The notes: generated by a model not told the origin, from the letters alone. 28,325 bases of DNA from an uncultured virus (IMG/VR IMGVR_UViG_3300032677_000014) (IMGVR_UViG_3300032677_000014); one strand, 5' to 3'; counted from the stretch's first letter, positions 1-7,720 are shown. Translations and numbers: made by a program.

Positions 1-46
1 ATTCTGTCCGAGATTATGCACTTAAAACACTTGCGGATTATGAATC

Positions 47-157
47 ATGACCAAATACCAAAAAATGCACTATGCCCTTGCGATTGCCTTCGCTAGAGGG
101 ATTATTGACGGGGAACAACTCGACCTTTTAATGAAGATATACAGGGAGGGAAAATGA
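47..157 (+). CDS. small hypothetical protein (36 aa, MTKYQKMHYALAIAFARG...)
   Basis: Translated by hand (below the ORF-track cutoff); ATGA overlaps at both ends (47-50, 154-157). Confidence 0.55.
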   Translation: MTKYQKMHYALAIAFARGIIDGEQLDLLMKIYREGK

Positions 158-345
158 AATCTATTGACTGTATTTATAATTTGGAAATATGCCAAGAACA
201 AGACCGAGAAGAAACAGAGTTAAACACTTGGTATATATACGATCACAAAGAAAACGAAGTTTTTAAAAATGAATGGTTTGATTCTGAAAAAGAGGCGGAA
301 GATGCTTTAAACGCTTATATGATTGAATATGGAATCGGACTATGA
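154..345 (+). CDS. small acidic hypothetical phage protein
   Basis: GGGAGG RBS upstream; ATGA coupling with both neighbours. Confidence 0.75.
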   Translation: MKSIDCIYNLEICQEQDREETELNTWYIYDHKENEVFKNEWFDSEKEAEDALNAYMIEYGIGL

Positions 346-446
346 AGGAATTTAAGGAAATAATGCTTAATATCCTAGTGGTATTGGCGGGCTTATATGC
401 GATTTATATCGTTTATATGGCAATCATTAAATGGGGGAATGTATGA
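342..446 (+). CDS. small membrane peptide (34 aa, MKEFKEIMLNILVVLAGLYAIYIVYMAIIKWGNV)
   Basis: Hand-translated; one hydrophobic span; ATGA overlaps at both ends. Confidence 0.6.
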   Translation: MKEFKEIMLNILVVLAGLYAIYIVYMAIIKWGNV

Positions 447-592
447 CCGATAGAGAAAAGGTAATTATCACAAGCCTAGAATGGCAGAGGTATGTATTTA
501 ACAAAACCACCGACCCAAAACAACGGGAACGGGTCAAGGGAGCGATTGAACGCTTAGAAAACGAACTTAAACAGATCAGAGGCGAATTATGA
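443..592 (+). CDS. small hypothetical protein (49 aa, MTDREKVIITSLEWQRY...)
   Basis: Hand-translated; GGGGG RBS; ATGA overlaps at both ends. Confidence 0.6.
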   Translation: MTDREKVIITSLEWQRYVFNKTTDPKQRERVKGAIERLENELKQIRGEL

Positions 593-918
593 AAACTTGC
601 AAAACATGGAACGGAACAATAGAGGCATATACGCCGACAGAACTCGAGAGCCTAAAAACTCATGGACAGATTGCCGGCGGGATTTGGTTTGAACAATGGC
701 AATATCAAGGGTCAAAGGATGAAGGCACTTGCACAGGTGGCAAGGGCTTACAAGTTTGGTATGTCGGGAAGGGTAAACGCAAACCCGAACCATTGACCAT
801 CACTAGGTGCGATTGGGTTCAGGGTAATGTATCAGCCCAGCGATCAAAGGACAACGCATTGAACTACCTAGAATCTAAGGGAATCAAGGCAACATATAAC
901 GATGGCTGGATGGATTAA
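589..918 (+). CDS. hypothetical phage protein
   Basis: 109-aa ORF, GAGG RBS, coupled to upstream ORF. Confidence 0.75.
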   Translation: MKTCKTWNGTIEAYTPTELESLKTHGQIAGGIWFEQWQYQGSKDEGTCTGGKGLQVWYVGKGKRKPEPLTITRCDWVQGNVSAQRSKDNALNYLESKGIKATYNDGWMD

Positions 919-966
919 GACTATACCCTGAAGTGCCTATTTTTTAGGCACTTTGGAGTAGGGTTT
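918..966 (+). promoter_or_regulatory. long imperfect RNA hairpin (candidate RNase III processing site or transcript stabiliser)
   Basis: Perfect core AAGTGCCTA-TTTTT-TAGGCACTT (931-953), extendable to about 22 bp with G-U pairs and 2 mismatches on the + strand. Confidence 0.5.
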
Positions 967-980
967 GTCCCTATGTTTTT

Positions 981-1020
981 GTTTGCAGTATGAAGCTATT
1001 GTTTGCAGTAGAAGGCTATT
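981..1020. repeat. 20-bp tandem repeat x2 (GTTTGCAGTA-N4-GCTATT)
   Basis: 981-1000 gtttgcagtatgaagctatt and 1001-1020 gtttgcagtagaaggctatt. Confidence 0.85.
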
Positions 1021-1063
1021 TTTTAATTGAGAGTCAGGCTTATTAACAGAGGAGAGAGCCAAA

Positions 1064-1249
1064 ATGAAGCGTTATGAATATTTTGTTATACAAAAAGAAA
1101 CTTTGATCGTTGGAATAGAAGCAAATAGTAGGGAAGAAGCAGATGAACAGCTAGAAACTATGATGGACGAAAACGATTTGTCATGGAATTTTGCTGATAT
1201 TGAAGTTTATTCTGAGTTTAACGGAGAAGAGGAGGTTCAAAATGCCTAA
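1064..1249 (+). CDS. small acidic protein, DpnD/PcfM-like pattern
   Basis: GAGGAG RBS; MKRYEYFV...IEANSREEA pattern shared with 1242-1403 and 3027-3215. Confidence 0.7.
   Translation: MKRYEYFVIQKETLIVGIEANSREEADEQLETMMDENDLSWNFADIEVYSEFNGEEEVQNA
1229..1249 (+). repeat. 21-bp gene-junction repeat GAGGAGGTTCAAAATGCCTAA, copy 1
   Basis: Identical to 1552-1572; contains the RBS and ATG of the next gene and the TAA of the previous gene. Confidence 0.95.
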
Positions 1250-1403
1250 ATTTGAAGTAGTAATTTCTACTCATGCTATTTATACAGTCGAAGCCGAAGG
1301 ATATCAAGACGCTGAAGATTTAGCATGGGATTTATTTGATCGTGGAGATTTATCTGAGCCAAATTGTGCTGAGATAGTTAAATTGGAGGAAGAAAATGTC
1401 TGA
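1242..1403 (+). CDS. small acidic protein, DpnD/PcfM-like pattern (start revised to ATG 1242)
   Basis: GAGGAGG RBS precedes ATG 1242; MPKFEVVI...VEAEGYQDA. Confidence 0.7.
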   Translation: MPKFEVVISTHAIYTVEAEGYQDAEDLAWDLFDRGDLSEPNCAEIVKLEEENV

Positions 1404-1572
1404 TTACAAAGAATACACCAGCACAGTAATACTTAGATTTGAAGGTAATTGGCATGAGGCTGATTCACCAGAAGATTATGTTTTAAGGCTAAAAGAATCG
1501 TTTTATGAAAATTTTAATATTTCATTGATTGATTCTGAAATTACAAATATTGAGGAGGTTCAAAATGCCTAA
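1396..1572 (+). CDS. small acidic hypothetical protein (58 aa, MSDYKEYTSTVILRFEGNWHEADSPEDY...EEVQNA)
   Basis: Hand-translated (absent from ORF track); GGAGG RBS; 8-nt overlaps at both ends. Confidence 0.75.
   Translation: MSDYKEYTSTVILRFEGNWHEADSPEDYVLRLKESFYENFNISLIDSEITNIEEVQNA
1552..1572 (+). repeat. 21-bp gene-junction repeat, copy 2
   Basis: Identical to 1229-1249. Confidence 0.95.
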
Positions 1573-1876
1573 GAAATTATTTGAACTTACCCCGCAAGTT
1601 TGTGGTAATCCGGATTACGGACAAGACCCTAATCAACCGCCTTATGGAGTAGATATTGTCAAAATTACCGCCCACAATTTTGATTTATTACTTAAAAGAG
1701 TAAGGAATTGGCAATACGAAAATGATATTGGTGGTGGAAATTGGATGAATCCAGCAGTTTATTTTAATGGTAAAGAAGTAGGTTATATGTCTTACAACGG
1801 AAAAGTTTGGGCTGATAAAAGCTGGACACCCAATACTAAACAAATTTATTTCAAAGAGGAGAACGAAAATGCCTAA
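1565..1876 (+). CDS. hypothetical phage protein (GNPDYGQ...IGGGNW...SYNGKVW); start revised to ATG 1565
   Basis: GAGGAGG RBS before ATG 1565; motif-rich sequence. Confidence 0.75.
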   Translation: MPKKLFELTPQVCGNPDYGQDPNQPPYGVDIVKITAHNFDLLLKRVRNWQYENDIGGGNWMNPAVYFNGKEVGYMSYNGKVWADKSWTPNTKQIYFKEENENA

Positions 1877-2444
1877 TTGGTGCAATAACAACTTAGTTTT
1901 AACCCATAAAGACCACGCTATGATGGAAAAAGCATTACAGGCTTGGAATGAGGATAAATTTTTATCTACCCTAGTGCCTGAACCGGACTATACAAAGGTA
2001 AAAGTAAAACATACATTCCCTATGAATTATTCTACCGGTGAACCTGAATCCGAGTATGTTGATCCTAAGCAAGCATGGTGGGATTGGCGAGTTCAAAATT
2101 GGGGAACAAAGTGGGACATTGGTGCTGGATCAGATGGTGCAAGGGTAGAAAAACTTAGAAAAGATGGAGCATTGGTAGTATATTTTTGCTCCGCTTGGTC
2201 TCCTCCTACTGAGGCATACGCAACGCTTGTAGATATGGGTTTTGAAGTCTCGGCAACTTATCACGAAGGCGGGTGCGGTTTTTGTGGGGAGTTTGTAGAT
2301 GGACAAGATTATTGTTATGAAATACTAGGAAATTCCGAATGGGTTAAAAACAATATTCCCCGCAATATTGATGAAGAACATTGTATTTCTGAAGGCATGG
2401 CAGAGTGGGAAGATGACAACGAAGAGGAGGAAGAAAATGCTTAG
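1869..2444 (+). CDS. DUF1281/YubB-type ferredoxin-like domain protein
   Basis: MPNWCNN N-terminus; W-x-W-R-x-x-NWGTKWD, F-x-SAWSPP and Y-x-E-x-GC-x-F-x-G motifs typical of this family. Confidence 0.8.
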   Translation: MPNWCNNNLVLTHKDHAMMEKALQAWNEDKFLSTLVPEPDYTKVKVKHTFPMNYSTGEPESEYVDPKQAWWDWRVQNWGTKWDIGAGSDGARVEKLRKDGALVVYFCSAWSPPTEAYATLVDMGFEVSATYHEGGCGFCGEFVDGQDYCYEILGNSEWVKNNIPRNIDEEHCISEGMAEWEDDNEEEEENA

Positions 2445-2619
2445 ATGGAAGCTATTTAACACCGAAAACAACGCTTTTTTAGGTGAGTATCAGAATCTAC
2501 GGGATGCTTTTTCCGAAGGGAACCTATTCCATATAAAGACGGGAAAACATTATTTTATTGAAGATTCCATGCTAGATGAGGATTTATGCTGGAATGATGT
2601 TGAAGGAGATGAAGCATGA
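2437..2619 (+). CDS. hypothetical protein (start revised to ATG 2437, MLRWKLFNTENN...)
   Basis: GAGGAGG RBS; 8-nt overlap ATGCTTAG. Confidence 0.65.
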   Translation: MLRWKLFNTENNAFLGEYQNLRDAFSEGNLFHIKTGKHYFIEDSMLDEDLCWNDVEGDEA

Positions 2620-2789
2620 ATATAGGAGATCGTGTAAAAGTAAAAGACCAAGATATAACGGGAGTTATAGAAAGAACGGATGGGTATTCAGTATCAATTA
2701 TTGATGATGATTCTGAATGGGAATATCCAGAAAGCATTTTAGAGTATAGACCTTATGAACTTGAACTATTAGGAGAAAAGCATGATTAA
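2616..2789 (+). CDS. small SH3/KOW-like protein (57 aa, MNIGDRVKVKDQDITGVIE...)
   Basis: Hand-translated (absent from ORF track); GGAG RBS; IGDRV-x-V...G-x-I pattern; overlaps both neighbours. Confidence 0.7.
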   Translation: MNIGDRVKVKDQDITGVIERTDGYSVSIIDDDSEWEYPESILEYRPYELELLGEKHD

Positions 2790-3024
2790 ATTAACTAAGC
2801 AGCAACAGGATTTATTGAAATCAGTAGGACGCAAACCAAAACACCCTGACATGGGACTGTCAAATGAACCGCTAGACAATTTGGTAGAACAGTTGAAAAT
2901 GGAGAACCCTAACGCATTTTTAAAGGATTATGAGTTACGGGATCGTGTTTTTTATAACGAACCTATGAACAGTATTCCATTTAAGGGTTATGTAATTCCC
3001 GCTTTAGAAACCATGAAAGGATAA
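2782..3024 (+). CDS. hypothetical protein
   Basis: AGGAG RBS; 80-aa ORF. Confidence 0.7.
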   Translation: MIKLTKQQQDLLKSVGRKPKHPDMGLSNEPLDNLVEQLKMENPNAFLKDYELRDRVFYNEPMNSIPFKGYVIPALETMKG

Positions 3025-3026
3025 AC

Positions 3027-3215
3027 ATGAAGACATACGAAGTAGTTTTACACTATTCTGGCACACAAGTATTTTATGTAACTGCACCAGATGAAGATGA
3101 AGCCGTTGATGTAGCCCATGACGAATTGGCTAATATGCACCAATTAGACGATTTAGAAGTCATGGATTGCGAATCTTGCGAGGATTCAGAAGACGCCGAG
3201 GATGATGGATTTTGA
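3027..3215 (+). CDS. small acidic protein, DpnD/PcfM-like pattern
   Basis: AAGGA RBS; MKTYEVVL...VTAPDEDEA. Confidence 0.7.
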   Translation: MKTYEVVLHYSGTQVFYVTAPDEDEAVDVAHDELANMHQLDDLEVMDCESCEDSEDAEDDGF

Positions 3216-3430
3216 GAGTTTTAACCGATAAAACCGCACTAATCCAAGCGGTAGATAGGCTTTCTAATAAAGGTGGCTTTGCTGTATCATTGGGGAAATG
3301 TGCTTTGCTAGCAGATCAAGAAAACTTGAGAAAGCTAGTGAACGCATTTCCTGAATATTTTATCGAGCAGGAAGCTACTTTAAGGCTTATATATGGACGC
3401 AACGATTATTTATCTGAAAGACAAGCCTGA
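3212..3430 (+). CDS. hypothetical phage protein (GGFA...AD-x-x-N...L-x-x-AFPE)
   Basis: TTG start overlapping upstream TGA; pattern familiar from small phage early proteins. Confidence 0.65.
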   Translation: MRVLTDKTALIQAVDRLSNKGGFAVSLGKCALLADQENLRKLVNAFPEYFIEQEATLRLIYGRNDYLSERQA

Positions 3431-3587
3431 CGGAACTGTCGAAGTAAGCATGGAAATTATCGGCAAACCTGACAGATCAAAACAGATTGGCATAGCAATC
3501 GCTACGAATATGCAAGACCTTGATTACACAGTCTTTAATGCTCATAACGAATTTTCTGCTATGCCACCATCTTTACTGCTTCAATAA
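3393..3587 (+). CDS. hypothetical protein
   Basis: 64-aa ORF, last of the + strand cluster, converging on the primase gene. Confidence 0.55.
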   Translation: MDATIIYLKDKPDGTVEVSMEIIGKPDRSKQIGIAIATNMQDLDYTVFNAHNEFSAMPPSLLLQ

Positions 3588-4365
3588 ATTCTTTGCCCGC
3601 TAATTCCGTGCCAAGTCTTTTCTCGAAGTCGTTAAAGTCTTCCCCATCAACGGGTGAACTCCAAAAGGGTTTGCCCGTTTTTTTTGCGGTATTGAGACCC
3701 ACGCTATCATTATCGGCAACAATCAGACATTGGTCGTAGTATGAGGCTATTTCTACAATGTTTCCAGCAGAGAAGCAGACATGAATTGTGTATTTGAGAC
3801 CCACGCTTCTAAATACTCTACGAAGGCTCATAGCGGTCGCATAGCCCTCACATAGTATATGCATACCTTTATTGTCAATAATCGCTTCTGCGCCCTTTGT
3901 AATCTGTCCGTAAAGGAATTTCTTATTGCCGTCCTTGTCGATAAGCTGGCATCCGACTAAGGCTTGATTGATCCTCATTGGGATTACTAACAGATCATTC
4001 CAAACCCAATGCTTATCTACGGGAAAACCCTTAGACTCCATATATGGGTGCGGTGCTTTAATAGCATTATCTAAAATGAACTTAGCCTTTTTAATGGCAC
4101 GATTCTGTCTTAGCTTACGCTCACGCTCAGACTTTTCCTTTTTAGCACGCCATTGCGGGTCAGGCATATAGGCTACATTCGTATCGGTAAAGACTACGGG
4201 CTTATCATGGACTGCCCAATTCTGAACCGCACCACGCCTACCATCCCAAATGTATGAGCCATTCTTTTTATGCGGATGGTCTTTAGTCGGGACTCTTACC
4301 CAGCGATCGTGATAAAGGGAATCAATAATTAAGCCGTGTTGCTCGGCAAACTCTACAAAACTCAT
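3559..4365 (-). CDS. Toprim-domain DNA primase (COG4643/TraC-like)
   Basis: Toprim motifs CEGYATA, VADND, DFND; LVIPM...QLIDKDGNKKFLYG; AAGGA RBS; next to helicase. Confidence 0.88.
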   Translation of the reverse strand: MSFVEFAEQHGLIIDSLYHDRWVRVPTKDHPHKKNGSYIWDGRRGAVQNWAVHDKPVVFTDTNVAYMPDPQWRAKKEKSERERKLRQNRAIKKAKFILDNAIKAPHPYMESKGFPVDKHWVWNDLLVIPMRINQALVGCQLIDKDGNKKFLYGQITKGAEAIIDNKGMHILCEGYATAMSLRRVFRSVGLKYTIHVCFSAGNIVEIASYYDQCLIVADNDSVGLNTAKKTGKPFWSSPVDGEDFNDFEKRLGTELAGKEFIEAVKMVA

Positions 4366-4373
4366 GATTGTCC

Positions 4374-4541
4374 TTAGTCTGGCAAAATATCAAACGATTC
4401 AATGCCACGCTTCTTTAGTTCTTCTTTGAACTTTTCTAAAGCACGCTTCTCTATATGGTTTACAGTCTGACGGGCAACTGACATTACATCAGCGACCTCT
4501 TGATGGGTCATATCAAACTCTTCATTTCTTTTCATTCTCAT
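4374..4541 (-). CDS. sigma-70 region-4-like HTH protein (55 aa, MRMKRNEEFDMTHQEVADVMSVARQTVNHIEKRALEKFK...)
   Basis: Hand-translated (absent from ORF track); MT-x-x-EVA...R-x-x-V-x-x-IE-x-RAL-x-K pattern; ATGA overlap with helicase stop. Confidence 0.8.
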   Translation of the reverse strand: MRMKRNEEFDMTHQEVADVMSVARQTVNHIEKRALEKFKEELKKRGIESFDILPD

Positions 4542-6034
4542 GCTGCCATCCTTTGTTGTTGTGCTTCTTTTGCCTTGTAATACGCTATGGTTCTGCTCTT
4601 AATCCATCTTAAAGTCTGCGGTGATGGTGGTTTAGGTGTTACATGTAACCCATCAGGGTTTACCCCAAACTTCTCTTTGTATTTGTAGAATGCCCATCCA
4701 TCCTTAAATCCCTTTTCACGCCCGAAATAGATTAGCTCTGCGTAAAAGTCTTTATTGGAAATATTTAGTTTCCGATTGGCTTCTTCTAGTTCCTCTAAAG
4801 TGCCCGCTATGTTTATAATGTCTGACATGGACTGCCTGACGTGCCCACAGGAGGAGCAAGTATTATCTTTAGAAGTCCACAATGCGGCACAAGCGGGACA
4901 CTTTGCCTGCTTCTTTTCCCGCTCAGTAGGCTCACGCTTGACAGTCTCAGATCCACCAGCCTTGAGTTCTGTTACACCATCGTGGTATAGATCATCCCAA
5001 TCCTTGCGAAAGCGTAGGTAATTACCCGAGTGATCCAGCCAGACTCCAAACTCTTTACCCTCGTGTGGGCGTAGCACCCGTCCTATCTGCTGAACGTGAC
5101 TACTGAATGACTTACTAAAAGGGCGAGCAGATATCCCAATGTGAACATCGCTAACGTCAAAGCCCCGAGTAAGAATATCAGTAGCGATAAGCCCGTGGAT
5201 ATGGGTATCGGGTCTTTTAAACTCTTCGATAGTGCGTTGTTTGAAATCATCATCTTCCTTATACGAAATGGATACAAAGTTAAATCCTGCTTGTTTGAAT
5301 TGATTAACCAATTCTCTGCCGTGCTCTACGCCAGCACAGAAGACGATCGTCTTGCGTGGCTCACCGTAGATCTCCATGGTTTTCTTTTGCCACTCTGCCA
5401 CCACGTCGCCAACAATTTGTAATCCACGCTCGGTAGCTTCTTTGGCATCCCACTCACCAAATGAATTCTTTTTGGCGCCCGCCATATCAATCTCTTTGGC
5501 GATATAAACCTTCATTGGCACTACCCAGCCATCTTCCACTAGGTTAGTCATTGGCTGAGCACCAATCACATTGGAATAGATATCCGCTAAACCTTTTGTG
5601 AACGGAGTAGCAGTCAGTCCAATGACCTGCATATGAGGGTTTTCCCTAATAAAGTCCACAGTAGACTTATACATCACATGGGCTTCGTCCACGATCAATA
5701 GATCAACCTTTAAAGGAACTTTACGACGGGCGAGAGTCTGAACGGAGCAGATTTGAATTGGCTCTTCTGGACGGTATCTCCAGTGAGTAGCCTGTAATAC
5801 GCCGTGAGGGATTTCGTATTTAGATAACCTGATACTGGTTTGATCTACTAAAACAATCCGATCCAATACCATCGCTACCCGTTTACCATGTGCCACAGCA
5901 TCTTGCATGATTGCCATCGCACATTCTGTCTTGCCGAATCCGGTTACTGCACAAAGTATTTGTCTTCTATGTTCTTTAAATCCTTCGTTTAACGCATTGA
6001 TTACTTCTGCCTGGTGAGGTCTCAATTCAAGCAT
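4538..6034 (-). CDS. superfamily 2 DNA helicase, RadD/YejH-like, with C-terminal zinc finger
   Basis: LRPHQ Q-motif, TGFGKT Walker A, DEAH, GLTATP, QQIGRVLR, CPAC...CSSC. Confidence 0.93.
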   Translation of the reverse strand: MLELRPHQAEVINALNEGFKEHRRQILCAVTGFGKTECAMAIMQDAVAHGKRVAMVLDRIVLVDQTSIRLSKYEIPHGVLQATHWRYRPEEPIQICSVQTLARRKVPLKVDLLIVDEAHVMYKSTVDFIRENPHMQVIGLTATPFTKGLADIYSNVIGAQPMTNLVEDGWVVPMKVYIAKEIDMAGAKKNSFGEWDAKEATERGLQIVGDVVAEWQKKTMEIYGEPRKTIVFCAGVEHGRELVNQFKQAGFNFVSISYKEDDDFKQRTIEEFKRPDTHIHGLIATDILTRGFDVSDVHIGISARPFSKSFSSHVQQIGRVLRPHEGKEFGVWLDHSGNYLRFRKDWDDLYHDGVTELKAGGSETVKREPTEREKKQAKCPACAALWTSKDNTCSSCGHVRQSMSDIINIAGTLEELEEANRKLNISNKDFYAELIYFGREKGFKDGWAFYKYKEKFGVNPDGLHVTPKPPSPQTLRWIKSRTIAYYKAKEAQQQRMAA

Positions 6035-6046
6035 CTAATTCTTTCT

Positions 6047-6168
6047 GCTAGGATACGCCTAGCTACGTTAATGGTGGGGTACTTATGCGGTTATGTGAAA
6101 CATTAATCCTTAATTTATAAAGCATACAGGCTATTTAAAGTCGCCGAGCCGACTGTGCACTTTCCCCC
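6047..6168 (-). ncRNA. candidate structured intergenic RNA with loop-E-like closing stem, plus a hairpin next to the helicase RBS
   Basis: Minus strand GGGG-GAAA-GUGC...GCAU-AAGUA-CCCC (6076-6168), internal AGUCG/CGACU stem, and GCUAGG-CGUAU-CCUAGC (6047-6063). Confidence 0.45.
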
Positions 6169-6175
6169 GTAGTCT

Positions 6176-7033
6176 TTACATGCCAGCTAGATTCTTTAAG
6201 CCTTCTAACTGATTCTCTAATTCTGCAATTCGCTTCTCTGCTTTCTCAGCACGACGTTGCCAATACTTTACTTGTGTCTTGAGTTCAGCACATTGATTCT
6301 GAAAAGTATCACGACTGGTCTTTAAAGCACGATTCTCGATCTCAAGATTTTTGATGGTAGCAGACTTCTCCATAAGCTGATCTTGAGCCAGCCTTTTTTC
6401 CTCGTCCGTAGCTTCCATCGCAGCGACAGCCAAGCGCATTGTGAGCGCTTCGTTTTCCTCGACGATTGCTGCCACCTCATTGGCGATCTCATCTTCATAA
6501 GTCTCTTCTTGCGGTTCATTTTTCTTACCAATGTTTTCCGTGTTTACTTTAAATTCTTTGCCGTTGCGAGTCGCTGTTACTACTGCTGGTTTGAGACCCA
6601 ATTGCTCACGGATTCTAGAAACTGTCATCGCTGATACTTTGGCTGCTCTAGCCATCTCCGCATTGCTCATTTCTGCCCACTCGACATCATCGAGGAGCAT
6701 CATAATTTTCTTGCGTTTGTCTGCATTAGTTAAGCGTAAGCCGTGATCTGGGTTTGAGCCGATCGCATATAGCGTGGCTTCACGCATTGTGCCATCAATG
6801 ATCTCTACTTCAATATCAGCAAAGCCAGCCTTTTTATGACCGAAGTAACGGTGAAATCCATCAACTAAAACATAGCGAGACCCAACCCGAAATACCTTAA
6901 TGGCTGGGAACTTTGCACCTTCTTTAATTGCTTCTGAGTATTCGTTGATGACTTCTTGGTTTAGTGATTCTCTTACCTGTAATGAGCTATCTATTGTAAT
7001 TTCTGTGAGTTTCAATTTATCTAATCCTGTCAA
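6176..7033 (-). CDS. ParB/Srx-like N-terminal domain protein with HTH and C-terminal coiled coil
   Basis: QVR...FPAIKV...LVDGFHRY ParB-like motif; HGLRLTNADKRK; SNAEMARAAKVSAMTV HTH; heptad-rich tail; TTG start. Confidence 0.85.
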   Translation of the reverse strand: MTGLDKLKLTEITIDSSLQVRESLNQEVINEYSEAIKEGAKFPAIKVFRVGSRYVLVDGFHRYFGHKKAGFADIEVEIIDGTMREATLYAIGSNPDHGLRLTNADKRKKIMMLLDDVEWAEMSNAEMARAAKVSAMTVSRIREQLGLKPAVVTATRNGKEFKVNTENIGKKNEPQEETYEDEIANEVAAIVEENEALTMRLAVAAMEATDEEKRLAQDQLMEKSATIKNLEIENRALKTSRDTFQNQCAELKTQVKYWQRRAEKAEKRIAELENQLEGLKNLAGM

Positions 7034-7205
7034 GTGCTATCTGTAAATCATAATCAGACGTGTTTTTATTGCTTGCTAAACGTAATGCTTCATTTGCCCG
7101 TTCCTTCCATCTTACCACTTCTTGGACGGATCCTTGCAAAACTCTACTAGGTATTTTCCCTACTTGCTTTTTTATTTCTTCTCGTAAATCCATCATTTTC
7201 CGCAT
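7017..7205 (-). CDS. hypothetical protein
   Basis: 62-aa ORF overlapping neighbours in the same operon. Confidence 0.65.
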   Translation of the reverse strand: MRKMMDLREEIKKQVGKIPSRVLQGSVQEVVRWKERANEALRLASNKNTSDYDLQIALDRIR

Positions 7206-7381
7206 TCGTTAAAGTGCCATTCTTTGGTGAGCGTAACTGACTGCTCATCATTTTCTGCATTGATTTCTAATTTGGTATCTTTTTCTTTTTTCTCGTTAAA
7301 GATTCTGTCCCAAGCCTCATCAAATTTGTCCATTGGAACGCCGAGTGGCCGTTGTCTATCGCCCTTGCCGCCGTCTGTCAT
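7193..7381 (-). CDS. small conserved-type phage protein (GGKG-x-x-x-RP...F-x-x-x-WDRIF)
   Basis: AGGAGAG RBS; recognisable small phage protein pattern. Confidence 0.75.
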   Translation of the reverse strand: MTDGGKGDRQRPLGVPMDKFDEAWDRIFNEKKEKDTKLEINAENDEQSVTLTKEWHFNECGK

Positions 7382-7400
7382 GCTCTCTCCTATAGTTTGT

Positions 7401-7426
7401 ATACTTAAGCAGAATACTTAAGTAGA
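7401..7426. repeat. 13-bp tandem repeat x2 with palindromic core CTTAAG
   Basis: atacttaagcaga (7401-7413) and atacttaagtaga (7414-7426). Confidence 0.75.
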
Positions 7427-7434
7427 ACAGTTAC

Positions 7435-7621
7435 CCATTTGGTGGACGCACCTAGCCTACCTAGATGCGCCTTCAGCTGCTACCCGTATTGGAGCCACAG
7501 CACCCGTCAGACGTTTGTAACAAGGACTCTGACTTCGCCATCCTTTTGTGCGGTATTACAGTTACTAACCCCCAGTCCGCTTGTATTTCAACCGCTGGTG
7601 GTATTAGCCGTCCAGTTGAAA
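7435..7621 (-). ncRNA. candidate multi-stem structured RNA/leader upstream of the replication operon
   Basis: Minus-strand stems GGCGCAUCUAG/CUAGGUGCGUC (11 bp; its two G-U pairs form only on the minus strand), UGCUGU/GUAGCA, GUCAGA/UCUGAC, UUUCAAC/GUUGAAA; no credible ORF. Confidence 0.5.
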
Positions 7622-7626
7622 CCACT

Positions 7627-7655
7627 GAAAGAAAAACCCCATCGCTAGATGAGGT
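7627..7655 (-). terminator. intrinsic terminator-like hairpin (possible attenuator)
   Basis: Minus strand ACCUCAUC-UAGC-GAUGGGGU followed by UUUUCUUUC. Confidence 0.65.
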
Positions 7656-7675
7656 AAAGTTCGATCAATGAAATC

Positions 7676-7684
7676 AGTGTATCA
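7676..7684 (-). promoter_or_regulatory. extended -10 promoter candidate (TG-A-TACACT)
   Basis: Minus strand TGATACACT preceded by AT-rich sequence; no good -35 seen. Confidence 0.45.
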
Positions 7685-7720
7685 CAAGATTTTTAAAATG
7701 GTTTGTTAGGGATTACCCTG

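Noticed and set aside
3692..3807. 14-bp direct repeat TTGAGACCCACGCT inside the primase gene
   Set aside because: Both copies encode SVGL in frame; a single short match with no supporting structure, probably chance
7439..7671. Short + strand ORFs 7439-7648 and 7465-7671
   Set aside because: No RBS, atypical composition, antisense to the operon; better explained as a structured non-coding region
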